From a virus (lineage: Duplodnaviria; Heunggongvirae; Uroviricota; Caudoviricetes): a stretch of DNA of 25,932 nucleotides. The notes below the pieces were generated by a model. That model made no database searches and was not told the DNA's origin. It saw nothing but the letters and a program-made list of their open reading frames with translations. The stretch lies in IMG/VR virus record IMGVR_UViG_2563366854_000002, positions 1-25,932 of that record, one strand, 5' to 3'. This document shows, one piece after another, positions 1-8,860 of the stretch (its first letter is position 1; every line of letters begins with the position of its first letter). The position numbers and the translations under genes are program-made.

Positions 1-1053
1 TTACGGGGTAATGCCAACCGCTGCCGCCACTTTGTCGCCACTTGGCAGCGTTGCCAGAGGATTGAAACGGAGCGCCGTTTCCAGATGATCCGGTGCCAGA
101 TGTGCGTAACGCATAGTCATTTTTATATCGTGGTGTCCGAGAATTTTTTGTAAGGCCAGAATGTTTCCACCCGACATCATGAAGTGCGCCGCAAACGTAT
201 GGCGCAGAACGTGTGTGAGTTGACCGCGAGGGAGCACGATAGACGTTTTTTCCATCACGGATAAAAATTGAAAATAGCAGTCTGTGAAGAAATTGAACCC
301 ATCAAGCGCCATGATCTCTTCGTAAAGCTCTTTACTGATAGGGATGCTTCTGTTTTTCTTCCCCTTCGTTCTGACAAAGGTAATTCGGTATTTGGTCACC
401 TGTGAGCGGGTAAGATTTACGGCTTCACGCCAGCGTGCGCCTGTGCTTAAGCATATCTTAACTACCAGTGCCAGAATTGGGTCCTGACGTTTGCAATCAG
501 CCAGCAATTCAACAATCTGCTCATGGGTAAGCCATGCCATCTCTTTTTCTGCGATGGTGAATTTTCGCATGTTCTCCAGTGGGTTCGGATACGACCATTC
601 GCCCAGACGGGATAGTTCGCTAAAAACACTACTTAGATAGCTTTGCTCCAGGTTAATGGTGACCGGGCTTGCTCCTTTCTTCCATTTCTCGCTGAAGTAG
701 ATCTCGCCTGTCAGGCGTTTATCTCGATAGTGGGCAAACATTTTAGAGGTGAGATCGGTTGCAAGAGGATTGCCCAGAGCGTCAACCATCAACAGCAATT
801 TGTCATAGACATGCTGCCCAGCTGTCAGAGATTTACCATGTAGTTTGAACCATAGCTCAACCACGTCTTTCAGTGTTCGACGATCCACTGATTCACCCAG
901 CCAGGGCTTTGCTTCGGTTTCTTCCATCGTGTGGCGCTCAAAAGCCAGTGCTTCGCCTTTGGTGACGAATTGTTTACGCACACGACGCCCACTTCGTCCG
1001 GCGGGGTAACATTCGCAAAGCCATTTCCCAGTGGTGAGTTTTCGTACTGCCAT
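1..1053 (-). CDS. int: Phage tyrosine integrase (P2 Int-like), 350 aa from ATG at 1051-1053
   Basis: ORF translation has the C-terminal tyrosine-recombinase region (ARWREA...HVLRHTFAAHFMMSGGNILALQKILGHHDIKMTMRYAHL); start chosen at MAVRKLTTGKW with GGAGGG 8 nt upstream; the longer 1..1209 ORF lacks an SD. Confidence 0.9.
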   Translation of the reverse strand: MAVRKLTTGKWLCECYPAGRSGRRVRKQFVTKGEALAFERHTMEETEAKPWLGESVDRRTLKDVVELWFKLHGKSLTAGQHVYDKLLLMVDALGNPLATDLTSKMFAHYRDKRLTGEIYFSEKWKKGASPVTINLEQSYLSSVFSELSRLGEWSYPNPLENMRKFTIAEKEMAWLTHEQIVELLADCKRQDPILALVVKICLSTGARWREAVNLTRSQVTKYRITFVRTKGKKNRSIPISKELYEEIMALDGFNFFTDCYFQFLSVMEKTSIVLPRGQLTHVLRHTFAAHFMMSGGNILALQKILGHHDIKMTMRYAHLAPDHLETALRFNPLATLPSGDKVAAAVGITP

Positions 1054-1241
1054 AAAAAATGCCCTCCAGTAGAGAGCATTTTCACTGTATGTATAACCAG
1101 TGTCAATGTATGAAATCCTACGACCATACATCTCACTGAAGCCATAATTAAGTTGGCTATTCTTTTTGCTATGTGAGCATGTAACTTTTGCGGTTAACCT
1201 GCGGCTCATTTTTATTTTAGACGCAGATATAAAAGCAAAAG

Positions 1242-1433
1242 TTATCGTGAGTTTTTAGTACAGATTTTTTTGGATTTACTAATAGTTCCATCATTGCAAA
1301 CGAATTTGCCATCTGAGGTACAGTGAGAAACACCTCCCTTTTTCCCTGAGCAGGGATAATTTCTAGCATAGGTAGTTAGTGGGTTTAATAACAAAGAACA
1401 TGACAAAACCACAAAAAATACCTTACCAAGCAT
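1242..1433 (-). CDS. Small secreted Cys-rich peptide (63 aa; predicted signal peptide, 4 Cys in the ~40-aa mature part), unknown function
   Basis: Strong SD GGGAGG 5 nt upstream of ATG, placed at the CI stop codon; hydrophobic N-terminus [23 protein letters not shown]; AT-rich (20 G+C in the 60 nt of line 1261). Confidence 0.6.
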   Translation of the reverse strand: MLGKVFFVVLSCSLLLNPLTTYARNYPCSGKKGGVSHCTSDGKFVCNDGTISKSKKICTKNSR

Positions 1434-1448
1434 AGTTTCCTCCCGGTA

Positions 1449-2018
1449 CTATTTAACATACTTGACTGTTAAACTTATAATTTTACCAATTATTTCAATG
1501 TCTTCTATCTTGCATTCGAAGGCTCTGTTTCCACCCTCGACGAAGATTCTTCCACCGGGTAAACGAGTAATGTCACGGATCGTTATTTCGCCATCAATAC
1601 TTATTACCCATTTACCATCACGTATATCATCAAATTCTTTATCACAAATAAATTCAGAATTGTTATCTGTGATGACAAAAGGTTTTTTAAACGTAGAGGG
1701 TAGAAATCCCTTATCAAAAATATAAAAACCGTCTTTCTGCAATGCTCCATCAGACAATAAATATTTTTCTACTTCTATAGTATTTGTATTTGCTGATGCT
1801 TGCTTTGAACCATGCCCTGTTGTTAGCCAATTAAGCGAGGTGCCCGTTTCAAGGGCGCACTGGATTACCCAATCTGCTGGAAAAATATCACGCATATAGC
1901 GCGTTGCCATGGTGCTCTTAGAAACACCTAAATGATCACATAGAGCCTGACGGGTACCGAACCCATATGCTTCAACTAAACGTTCTATGGCTTTCTTACC
2001 GCCGCTATTGAAATCCAC
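1449..2018 (-). CDS. cI: Phage CI-type repressor (HTH plus C-terminal domain), 186 CI-like; start uncertain (GTG at 2018 with GGAGGA upstream, or GTG at 2105)
   Basis: Translation contains AIERLVEAYGFGTRQALCDHLGVSKSTMATRYMRD (HTH region) and lies divergent to apl and upstream of int, as in 186-like phages; the 2018 start gives ~189 aa. Confidence 0.75.
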   Translation of the reverse strand: MDFNSGGKKAIERLVEAYGFGTRQALCDHLGVSKSTMATRYMRDIFPADWVIQCALETGTSLNWLTTGHGSKQASANTNTIEVEKYLLSDGALQKDGFYIFDKGFLPSTFKKPFVITDNNSEFICDKEFDDIRDGKWVISIDGEITIRDITRLPGGRIFVEGGNRAFECKIEDIEIIGKIISLTVKYVK

Positions 2019-2163
2019 AAGTCCTCCAAAGAAATCCAAAATTCGTTGACAGATTCCAAAAGCGATCTTAAAGTTGAACCAGAAGTGTTCTTTTGGAGCC
2101 TTCACTACTAATCACGACAAACAACGGCTCGCCACAAGCCATATCTAGAAGGAATGTTGCCTT
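2019..2163. promoter_or_regulatory. Lysis-lysogeny switch region between cI and apl (promoters/operators not resolved)
   Basis: Position between divergently oriented repressor and apl/cox-like genes; no specific -10/-35 confidently assigned. Confidence 0.35.
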
Positions 2164-2367
2164 ATGACACCTAACATTTCAATTACTCTGAATACACCAC
2201 ATGTCACAATCGAACGTTATAGCGAACTGACTGGCCTTTCTATTGATACGATTAACGACATGTTGGCTGATGGCCGACTACCTCGTCATCGTCTTCGTAA
2301 AGACAAAAAACGTGAAAAGGTAATGATTAACCTGGCTGCTCTGACTGTTGATGCTTTGTCTGCTTAA
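2164..2367 (+). CDS. apl: Apl/Cox-like excisionase and switch regulator (67 aa, HTH)
   Basis: ATG with AGGAA upstream; small HTH protein ([24 protein letters not shown]) as first gene of the rightward early operon, opposite cI. Confidence 0.75.
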   Translation: MTPNISITLNTPHVTIERYSELTGLSIDTINDMLADGRLPRHRLRKDKKREKVMINLAALTVDALSA

Positions 2368-2431
2368 TAGACGTCTATTTTCGCAATAAGACGCTGAGTT
2401 CGATTTTGCGATAAGTTCGGAGTTGAAAACC

Positions 2432-2941
2432 ATGTTTGATTACCAAGTTTCCAAACATCCACATTTTGATGAAGCCTGTCGTGCATTCGCACTGCGCCAC
2501 AATCTGGTGCAACTGGCAGAACGTGCGGGCATGAATGTGCAGATTCTGCGGAACAAGCTGAACCCAGCTCAACCTCATTTATTAACCGCACCAGAAATCT
2601 GGCTGCTTACCGATCTGACTGAAGATTCAACGTTGGTAGATGGTTTTCTGGCACAGATTCATTGTCTGCCATGTGTACCGATTAATGAGGTAGCAAAAGA
2701 GAAACTGCCGCATTACGTCATGAGCGCAACTGCAGAGATCGGGCGTGTTGCAGCAGGTGCGGTATCTGGTGATGTAAAAACTAGTGCCGGTCGTCGTGAT
2801 GCTATCAGCAGCATTAACTCTGTAACACGACTGATGGCGCTGGCTGCTGTTTCATTGCAGGCCCGTTTACAGGCTAATCCTGCGATGGCGAGTGCAGTTG
2901 ATACCGTGACTGGCCTCGGTGCTTCATTCGGTTTGCTGTGA
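2432..2941 (+). CDS. cII: Phage 186-type CII regulatory protein (169 aa)
   Basis: Translation [45 protein letters not shown]... matches my recollection of the 186 CII family; ATG at 2432 with GGAG upstream (the track start at 2423 is TTG). Confidence 0.85.
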   Translation: MFDYQVSKHPHFDEACRAFALRHNLVQLAERAGMNVQILRNKLNPAQPHLLTAPEIWLLTDLTEDSTLVDGFLAQIHCLPCVPINEVAKEKLPHYVMSATAEIGRVAAGAVSGDVKTSAGRRDAISSINSVTRLMALAAVSLQARLQANPAMASAVDTVTGLGASFGLL

Positions 2942-2948
2942 GGTGCTT

Positions 2949-3245
2949 ATGCTGACGAAAGAACCATCATTTGCATCGCTGCTGGTAAAACAAAGCCCGG
3001 CAATGCACTACGGTCACGGCTGGATCACGGGTGAGGATGGAAAACGCTGGCATCCATGTCATTCACAAGATGAATTGCTGTCTGAATTGACCACGAGGAA
3101 ACGGAGAAAGTCCAAATGTATGCGGCAGAAAGTGAAGTGGTTTATCAGTTTCGTTACAGAGGGGAGAGTTATTCAGTACCTGAAGATGATTTGCTCTGTT
3201 GCTATCCGTCATTGTCGGGCGATGGCAGTTACTTTTTCACGTTAA
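2949..3245 (+). CDS. Hypothetical early protein (98 aa as an ORF; C-terminal third looks low-complexity and may be non-coding)
   Basis: ATG at 2949 with GAGGTG upstream; the N-terminal half MLTKEPSFASLLVKQSPAMHYGHGWITGEDGKRWHPC looks protein-like; overlaps the next ORF in another frame. Confidence 0.4.
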   Translation: MLTKEPSFASLLVKQSPAMHYGHGWITGEDGKRWHPCHSQDELLSELTTRKRRKSKCMRQKVKWFISFVTEGRVIQYLKMICSVAIRHCRAMAVTFSR

Positions 3246-3340
3246 AGGATGGGACGTTTTTACGGGGAGAGCAGGTTAAAGAGACGATACGAAAAAATGT
3301 ATCTCCTCTTGAGCGTTACCGTAAGAACAAAGAACGATAG
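3116..3340 (+). CDS. Hypothetical early protein (74 aa)
   Basis: ATG at 3116 with GGAG 9 nt upstream; protein-like composition; overlaps the 3' part of the 2949..3245 ORF in a different frame. Confidence 0.5.
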   Translation: MYAAESEVVYQFRYRGESYSVPEDDLLCCYPSLSGDGSYFFTLKDGTFLRGEQVKETIRKNVSPLERYRKNKER

Positions 3341-3362
3341 CTGCGTTTGGGGGATATGAAGT

Positions 3363-3704
3363 ATGGCAATTAATGGCGCTGCAGCAACTGTTCCATTAAG
3401 CCCCGGTGAACGCCTGAATGGACTTAATCACATTGCAGAGTTAAGGGCGAAAGTTTTTGGCCTGAATATTGAGTCAGAGCTTGAGCGGTTTATTAAAGAT
3501 ATGCGTGATCCACGGGATATTAATTATGAACGAAATAAACGAGCACTGGCTGCTATATTCTTTATAGCAAAAATTCCAGCTGAACGTCATAGCATCAGCA
3601 TTAATGAGCTGACCACTGACGAAAAGCGGGAGTTGATTAAAGTAATGAATCATCTTCGTGCAGTGGTGAGCTTATTTCCCAGACGGCTAGCCATGCCGAA
3701 TTAA
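3363..3704 (+). CDS. Hypothetical early protein (113 aa)
   Basis: ATG at 3363 with GGGGGA 8 nt upstream; co-oriented in the early operon. Confidence 0.6.
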   Translation: MAINGAAATVPLSPGERLNGLNHIAELRAKVFGLNIESELERFIKDMRDPRDINYERNKRALAAIFFIAKIPAERHSISINELTTDEKRELIKVMNHLRAVVSLFPRRLAMPN

Positions 3705-3771
3705 CCAATTAATGAAATTCATGGCGTAAACCCGCCGGGCATTCCTTTATCTAAATTCAGGAGAATTGATT

Positions 3772-4005
3772 ATGCGTAATATTGAAACCCTCTCGACTAA
3801 AACCGGACCGGATGACGCAGGACTTAATATTTTACTGACAGAGGCTCGTCTGGAAGAACGTCGGGCAAGAGCTGAAGCAATGGCAGCTCGCCTTGATAGC
3901 CTTGCGTGCCATATCACATCCCGCCAGCTAAACCACGTTGAAGCGGCTGAACTGCTGCGTGTGGCAGCTGAAGCAATCCAGAACGAAGCGCAGGAGATCC
4001 ACTAA
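3772..4005 (+). CDS. Hypothetical early protein (77 aa)
   Basis: ATG at 3772 with AGGAG 8 nt upstream; stop overlaps the next start (TAATG at 4003-4007). Confidence 0.6.
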   Translation: MRNIETLSTKTGPDDAGLNILLTEARLEERRARAEAMAARLDSLACHITSRQLNHVEAAELLRVAAEAIQNEAQEIH

Positions 4006-4232
4006 TGGCTGATGCAATGGATCTCGTACAGCAGCGCGTTGAAGAAGAACGCCAGCGTCATATCCGTGCTGCCCGTGCCAAAACGCCGGGCGTGTCCCGC
4101 GTGCTTTGCATTGAGTGTGAAGCGCCAATTCCGCCAGCACGCCGCCGTGCCATTCCGGGTGTGCAGCTTTGCATTACCTGTCAGGAAATCGCAGAGCTGA
4201 AAGGCAAACATTACAACGGAGGTGCTGTATGA
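4005..4232 (+). CDS. TraR/DksA-family C4 zinc-finger protein (75 aa)
   Basis: Four-Cys pattern CIECEAPIP...CITCQ in a small basic protein; GGAG upstream; ATGA overlap with dam at 4229-4232. Confidence 0.8.
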   Translation: MADAMDLVQQRVEEERQRHIRAARAKTPGVSRVLCIECEAPIPPARRRAIPGVQLCITCQEIAELKGKHYNGGAV

Positions 4233-5086
4233 GCACCATCCTGAAATGGGCGGGAAATAAAACCGCCATTATGTCCGAACTGAAAAAGCATCTTCCTGCT
4301 GGCCCGCGACTGGTTGAACCTTTCGCGGGTTCCTGTGCAGTGATGATGGAGACGGAGTACCCCAGCTATCTTGTTGCGGATATTAATCCTGATTTAATCA
4401 ACCTCTATAAAAAGGTTGCTGCTGATTGTGAATCGTTTATATCTCGCGCCAGAGTTTTATTTGAGATCGCAAACAGGGGGGGGGCTTATTACAACATAAG
4501 GCAGGAGTTTAATTACTCAACTGAAATTACTGATTTCATGAAAGCGGTATATTTCCTGTATCTCAATCGTCACGGTTACCGTGGTTTATGTCGCTATAAC
4601 AAGAGCGGGCATTTCAACATTCCCTACGGTAATTATAAAAATCCGTATTTCCCTGAAAAAGAAATTCGCGCATTTGCAGAAAAAGCCCAGCGAGCAACGT
4701 TTATCTGCGCCAGCTTTGATGAAACGCTGGCGATGTTGAAGGCGGGGGATGTGGTGTATTGCGATCCGCCGTATGACGGTACGTTTTCCGGCTATCACAC
4801 TGATGGTTTCACTGAAGATGACCAGTATCACCTGGCATCCGTTCTTGAACATCGGTCATCAGAAGGACATCCGGTCATTGTTTCTAACAGTGATACATCC
4901 CTGATCCGTTCGCTGTATCGCAATTTTACTCACCACTATATCAAGGTAAAACGCAGCATCGGTGTGGCAGCTGGCGAGGGTAAATCAGCAACAGAAATCA
5001 TTGCTGTTTCCGGGCCGCGCTGCTGGGTGGGATTTGATTATTCGCGTGGCGTGGATAGTTCTGCCGTGTACGGAGTACGTGCATGA
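4229..5086 (+). CDS. dam: DNA N6-adenine methyltransferase, Dam/D12 class (285 aa)
   Basis: Motif [10 protein letters not shown] and motif IV DPPY ([10 protein letters not shown]) seen in the translation; ATG at 4229 with GGAGG upstream; ATGA overlap with gene A at 5083-5086. Confidence 0.9.
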   Translation: MSTILKWAGNKTAIMSELKKHLPAGPRLVEPFAGSCAVMMETEYPSYLVADINPDLINLYKKVAADCESFISRARVLFEIANRGGAYYNIRQEFNYSTEITDFMKAVYFLYLNRHGYRGLCRYNKSGHFNIPYGNYKNPYFPEKEIRAFAEKAQRATFICASFDETLAMLKAGDVVYCDPPYDGTFSGYHTDGFTEDDQYHLASVLEHRSSEGHPVIVSNSDTSLIRSLYRNFTHHYIKVKRSIGVAAGEGKSATEIIAVSGPRCWVGFDYSRGVDSSAVYGVRA

Positions 5087-7497
5087 GCCATGCCGATATG
5101 AACAACTGCTGCGGCTTTAACGAGGCTGCCGCAGCGTTCTCATGGAACAGCCCGAAAAAGGCCATTAACCCTTATCTGGACCCGGCGGAAGTTGCGCCGG
5201 TTTCTGCGCTTTCAAACCTGATCGCTCTGTACGCTGCCGATAACGAACAGGAACACCTGCGCCGCGAGGCACTGAGTGATCAGGTCTGGGAGCGTTATTT
5301 CTTTAATGAATCCCGTGATCCTGTCCAGCGCGAAATGGAGCAGGATAAGCTCATTAGTCGGGCAAAGCTGGCGCATGAGCAGCAGCGTTTTAATCCAGAT
5401 ATGGTCATTCTGGCGGACGTCAATGCCCAGCCTTCCCATATCAGCAAGCCGCTGATGCAACGTATTGAATACTTCAGCAGCCTGGGCAGGCCAAAGGCTT
5501 ATTCCCGCTATTTGCGTGAGACGATTAAGCCATGTTTGGAGCGACTGGAGCATGTACGCGACAGCCAGCTATCTGCATCTTTTCGTTTTATGGCAAGCCA
5601 TGTAGGGCTGGACGGCCTGCTGATTCTGCCTGAAATGAGTCAGGATCAGGTGAAACGCCTGTCTACTCTTGTCGCTGCGCATATGAGCATGTGTCTTGAT
5701 GCCGCTTGTGGTGATTTGTACGCCACCGATGATGTTAAGCCAGAAGAAATCCGCAAGACATGGGAAAAGGTGGCAGCAGAAACCCTGCGACTGGATGTTA
5801 TCCCGCCTGCGTTTGAGCAACTTCGTCGGAAAAGAAACCGCCGTAAACCCGTGCCCTATGAACTCATTCCGGGTTCGCTGGCGCGTATGTTGTGCGCCGA
5901 TTGGTGGTACCGGAAATTATGGAAGATGCGTTGCGAATGGCGGGAAGAGCAGTTGCGTGCTGTTTGCCTGGTCAGCAAAAAAGCATCTCCCTATGTCAGC
6001 TATGAAGCCGTGATGCATAAACGTGAGCAGCGCCGTAAGTCGCTGGAGTTTTTCCGTTCTCATGAACTGGTGAACGAAGACGGCGACACGCTGGACATGG
6101 AGGATGTGGTAAACGCCAGCAGCAGCAACCCGGCGCATCGCCGCAATGAGATGATGGCCTGTGTTAAAGGTCTGGAGCTTATCGCAGAAATGCGCAGTGA
6201 CTGTGCCGTTTTCTACACTATCACCTGTCCGTCGCGTTTCCATTCCACGCTCAATAACGGCAGACCAAACCCGACCTGGACAAACGCGACGGTAAGACAA
6301 AGCAGCGATTATCTGGTCGGCATGTTTGCTGCATTTCGTAAGGCTATGCACAAAGCCGGGTTGCGCTGGTATGGCGTGCGGGTGGCTGAACCGCATCATG
6401 ACGGCACAGTTCACTGGCACCTGTTGTGTTTCATGCGCAAAAAAGACCGCCGCGCCATTACTGCATTGTTGCGTAAGTTTGCCATCCGTGAAGACCGCGA
6501 GGAGCTGGGCAATAACACGGGGCCACGCTTTAAGTCTGAGCTGATAAACCCGCGCAAAGGTACGCCAACAAGCTACATCGCGAAATACATCAGTAAGAAC
6601 ATTGACGGGCGTGGTCTGGCTGGCGAGATCAGCAAGGAAACGGGTAAATCCCTGCGTGATAACGCTGAATACGTTAATGCCTGGGCGTCTCTGCATCGTG
6701 TTCAGCAATTCCGCTTCTTTGGTATTCCGGGGCGTCAGGCTTACCGTGAACTTCGCTTGCTGGCTGGTCAGGCGGCAAGGCAACAGGGTGACAAAAAAGC
6801 AGGTGCGCCGGTACTGGATAACCCGCGTCTTGATGCCATTCTGGCTGCTGCTGATGCTGGTTGTTTTGCCACCTACATCATGAAGCAGGGCGGCGTACTG
6901 GTTCCCCGTAAATATCACCTCATCAGAACCGCTTATGAAATCAACGAAGAGCCGACCGCCTATGGCGATCACGGCATTCGTATTTATGGCATCTGGTCAC
7001 CCATTGCAGAGGGCAAGATCTGCACTCATGCAGTGAAGTGGAAAATGGTTCGTAAAGCCGTTGACGTTCAGGAGGCGGCAGCCGACCAGGGCGCTTGCGC
7101 CCCTTGGACTCGTGGCAATAACTGTCCCCTTGCTGAAAATTTGAACCAACAGGATAAAGATAAATCAGCTGATGGGGACACCAGAACGGACATTACCCGC
7201 ATGGATGACAAGGAATTGCACGATTACCTGCACAGTATGAGCAAAAAAGAGCGCCGGGAACTGGCAGCAAGGTTACGCCTAGTTAAGCTGAAACGGCGTA
7301 AAGACTACAAACAGCGAATTACAGATCATCAGCGACAGCAGCTCGTCTATGAGCTGAAGTCCAGAGGATTTGATGGCAGCGAGAAAGAGGTCGATTTACT
7401 CCTACGTGGTGGCAGTATTCCGTCAGGAGCAGGCCTGCGTATCTTCTATCGGAACCAGCGTTTGCAGGAAGATGATAAGTGGCGGAACCTGTATTAA
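5083..7497 (+). CDS. A: Phage replication initiation protein A (rolling-circle endonuclease, 804 aa)
   Basis: Translation has an HxH-type motif ([10 protein letters not shown]) and paired tyrosines ([11 protein letters not shown]) typical of P2 gpA-type initiators; position after the early operon. Confidence 0.9.
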   Translation: MSHADMNNCCGFNEAAAAFSWNSPKKAINPYLDPAEVAPVSALSNLIALYAADNEQEHLRREALSDQVWERYFFNESRDPVQREMEQDKLISRAKLAHEQQRFNPDMVILADVNAQPSHISKPLMQRIEYFSSLGRPKAYSRYLRETIKPCLERLEHVRDSQLSASFRFMASHVGLDGLLILPEMSQDQVKRLSTLVAAHMSMCLDAACGDLYATDDVKPEEIRKTWEKVAAETLRLDVIPPAFEQLRRKRNRRKPVPYELIPGSLARMLCADWWYRKLWKMRCEWREEQLRAVCLVSKKASPYVSYEAVMHKREQRRKSLEFFRSHELVNEDGDTLDMEDVVNASSSNPAHRRNEMMACVKGLELIAEMRSDCAVFYTITCPSRFHSTLNNGRPNPTWTNATVRQSSDYLVGMFAAFRKAMHKAGLRWYGVRVAEPHHDGTVHWHLLCFMRKKDRRAITALLRKFAIREDREELGNNTGPRFKSELINPRKGTPTSYIAKYISKNIDGRGLAGEISKETGKSLRDNAEYVNAWASLHRVQQFRFFGIPGRQAYRELRLLAGQAARQQGDKKAGAPVLDNPRLDAILAAADAGCFATYIMKQGGVLVPRKYHLIRTAYEINEEPTAYGDHGIRIYGIWSPIAEGKICTHAVKWKMVRKAVDVQEAAADQGACAPWTRGNNCPLAENLNQQDKDKSADGDTRTDITRMDDKELHDYLHSMSKKERRELAARLRLVKLKRRKDYKQRITDHQRQQLVYELKSRGFDGSEKEVDLLLRGGSIPSGAGLRIFYRNQRLQEDDKWRNLY

Positions 7498-7589
7498 TTA
7501 CGCAGGTTAACAATTCGTGCTCTTAATAATACCAGGCATATCAGGCTGATGAACGTAAAAAACGTTTTACATCAGTAATATTATTATAT

Positions 7590-7607
7590 ACTGTAAATAC
7601 AAACAGT
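7590..7607. promoter_or_regulatory. LexA (SOS) box CTGT-N8-ACAG, overlapping a possible promoter (TTTACA 7566-7571 / TACTGT 7589-7594)
   Basis: Sequence aCTGTaaatacaaACAGt read directly; exact 16-mer spacing of the LexA consensus; lies upstream of the 62-aa ORF and the dinI-like gene. Confidence 0.6.
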
Positions 7608-7648
7608 GGTTATGTATACAGTGTTGCTTTGGTGTCATAGGAGGAAAG

Positions 7649-7837
7649 ATGCAGGACTATTTTTTGGAGTCTTTGAAGCTCCAGCGCATTGATTTTTTTC
7701 TTAAGCTTGTAGCGGCTAGTGAGTGTAGTGATGAAGAGAAGGGGCTGGCTCTGCAGTGGGTTTCTGAACTGACAGATGAACTCATGGCAAAAATCAGAAC
7801 CCACGAATACAACCGCTCAATGGATGTCATCAGCTGA
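7649..7837 (+). CDS. Small protein (62 aa), possible Tum-like antirepressor N-terminal module
   Basis: Strong SD AGGAGGAAAG directly upstream of ATG; downstream of the LexA box; the Tum analogy comes from gene position only. Confidence 0.5.
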   Translation: MQDYFLESLKLQRIDFFLKLVAASECSDEEKGLALQWVSELTDELMAKIRTHEYNRSMDVIS

Positions 7838-7847
7838 GGTGGCTTTT

Positions 7848-8081
7848 ATGCGCATTGAAATAATGATCGATAAAGAGCAGAAGATTAGCCAGTCTACCCT
7901 GGACGCCCTTGAATCCGAGCTTTACCGTAATTTGCGCCCTCTGTATCCCAAAACAGCAATTCGTATCCGTAAGGGCAGCGCCAATGGCGTTGAGCTGAGC
8001 GGGTTAAAACTGGATGAAGACAAAAAGCGAGTGATGGAAATAATGCAGCAGGTCTGGGAGGACGATAGCTGGCTGCATTAA
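7848..8081 (+). CDS. DinI-family protein (77 aa)
   Basis: Translation MRIEIMIDKEQKISQSTLDALESELYRNL...MEIMQQVWEDDSWL resembles DinI (N-terminal MRIE..., C-terminal acidic W-containing tail); ATG at 7848 with GAGGTGG upstream. Confidence 0.8.
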   Translation: MRIEIMIDKEQKISQSTLDALESELYRNLRPLYPKTAIRIRKGSANGVELSGLKLDEDKKRVMEIMQQVWEDDSWLH

Positions 8082-8089
8082 GAAACATT

Positions 8090-8120
8090 GTAGGCGTCAG
8101 AACTTGATTCTGACGCCTAC
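8090..8120. terminator. Perfect 13-bp inverted repeat hairpin (gtaggcgtcagaa / ttctgacgcctac) at the boundary between phage core and cargo
   Basis: Read directly; lies between the convergent dinI-like gene (+) and the three-gene operon (-); no strong T-run. Confidence 0.4.
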
Positions 8121-8176
8121 GAGGTTGAACAACGAGTAAGGCGAGGCGTTAGGTGAAGTAACTCCTTATAAGCCAT

Positions 8177-8860
8177 CTATGATTGAAGGGTGACTTTTTT
8201 TAACGTATCAAAAACGATTTTCGTAAACTCATTCTCATTTCTAACATCAATATAAGCAAGGCCGCTATTGGTGATCTTGAGCTTACCGGAATATTCTAAT
8301 GAATTAACAGAGCAAACAAGCCTGTCAATTCTTATTTTTTTACCCTCTAATTCTTCTTTATAATACTTCCTAAGATCATTGCTGCCAATTATTTGCATTT
8401 TAGCTGTGGCGTAATCAGAAACTCTAACCCTTGAAATATCAAGTTGTGTTAAATTGATATTTACACTTGAAGATATTTCATTAAGCCAGTCTATAGGGTT
8501 TATGTCAATTTCTTCCAAACTAACACCTAAGCCAAGATTTTTTACCAAAGCCTGCGAAAAAGGCTTTAAAGTTCTGGGTGGGTTAGTAATCTGCATTACA
8601 GGAAGAGAGTCTAAAGCCACGCTAAAATTTGTGGTGCGATATTCGATTCTTTCAACGGTAGTTTCGCTTCCGTCAAAGCTTAATATTTTATCATGATAAA
8701 CAATACGCTCGACAAAGCGACCATTTGCAAAATCATGGCGTATTTTATCAAAAATGAACCCTTTCCCTTTATCCTCTGTAAAAGAATCAAGAGAAAGACG
8801 TCTAACGGCTGTTTCAAACTCAAGCCGTATGTTTAACTTAAGCCATTTAACCTTTTTCAT
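8177..8860 (-). CDS. Cargo operon gene 3: hypothetical protein (227 aa), no family recognised
   Basis: ATG at 8858-8860 with GAGGTGA upstream; overlaps gene 2 by 14 nt; AT-rich. Confidence 0.75.
   Translation of the reverse strand: MKKVKWLKLNIRLEFETAVRRLSLDSFTEDKGKGFIFDKIRHDFANGRFVERIVYHDKILSFDGSETTVERIEYRTTNFSVALDSLPVMQITNPPRTLKPFSQALVKNLGLGVSLEEIDINPIDWLNEISSSVNINLTQLDISRVRVSDYATAKMQIIGSNDLRKYYKEELEGKKIRIDRLVCSVNSLEYSGKLKITNSGLAYIDVRNENEFTKIVFDTLKKVTLQS

Noticed and set aside
1054-1209. Upstream in-frame extension of the integrase ORF to 1209 (402 aa)
   Set aside because: No SD before the 1209 start, the extra N-terminal 52 aa have no integrase-like pattern, and the ATG at 1053 has a strong GGAGGG SD and gives a P2-Int-like length.
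5917-6972. 351-aa ORF on the minus strand inside gene A (and the similar antisense ORFs 5212..5553, 5569..5820, 6326..6544 and 6602..6883)
   Set aside because: Lies entirely within the well-supported gene A on the opposite strand in GC-rich DNA; shadow ORFs of this kind are expected and have no SD or recognisable protein pattern.
8140-8158. cos-like 9-mer GGCGAGGCG just after the dinI-like gene
   Set aside because: Only the first 9 nt match the P2 cohesive end; the much better 15/19 match with conserved flanking GCGCGC is at 11146-11164.
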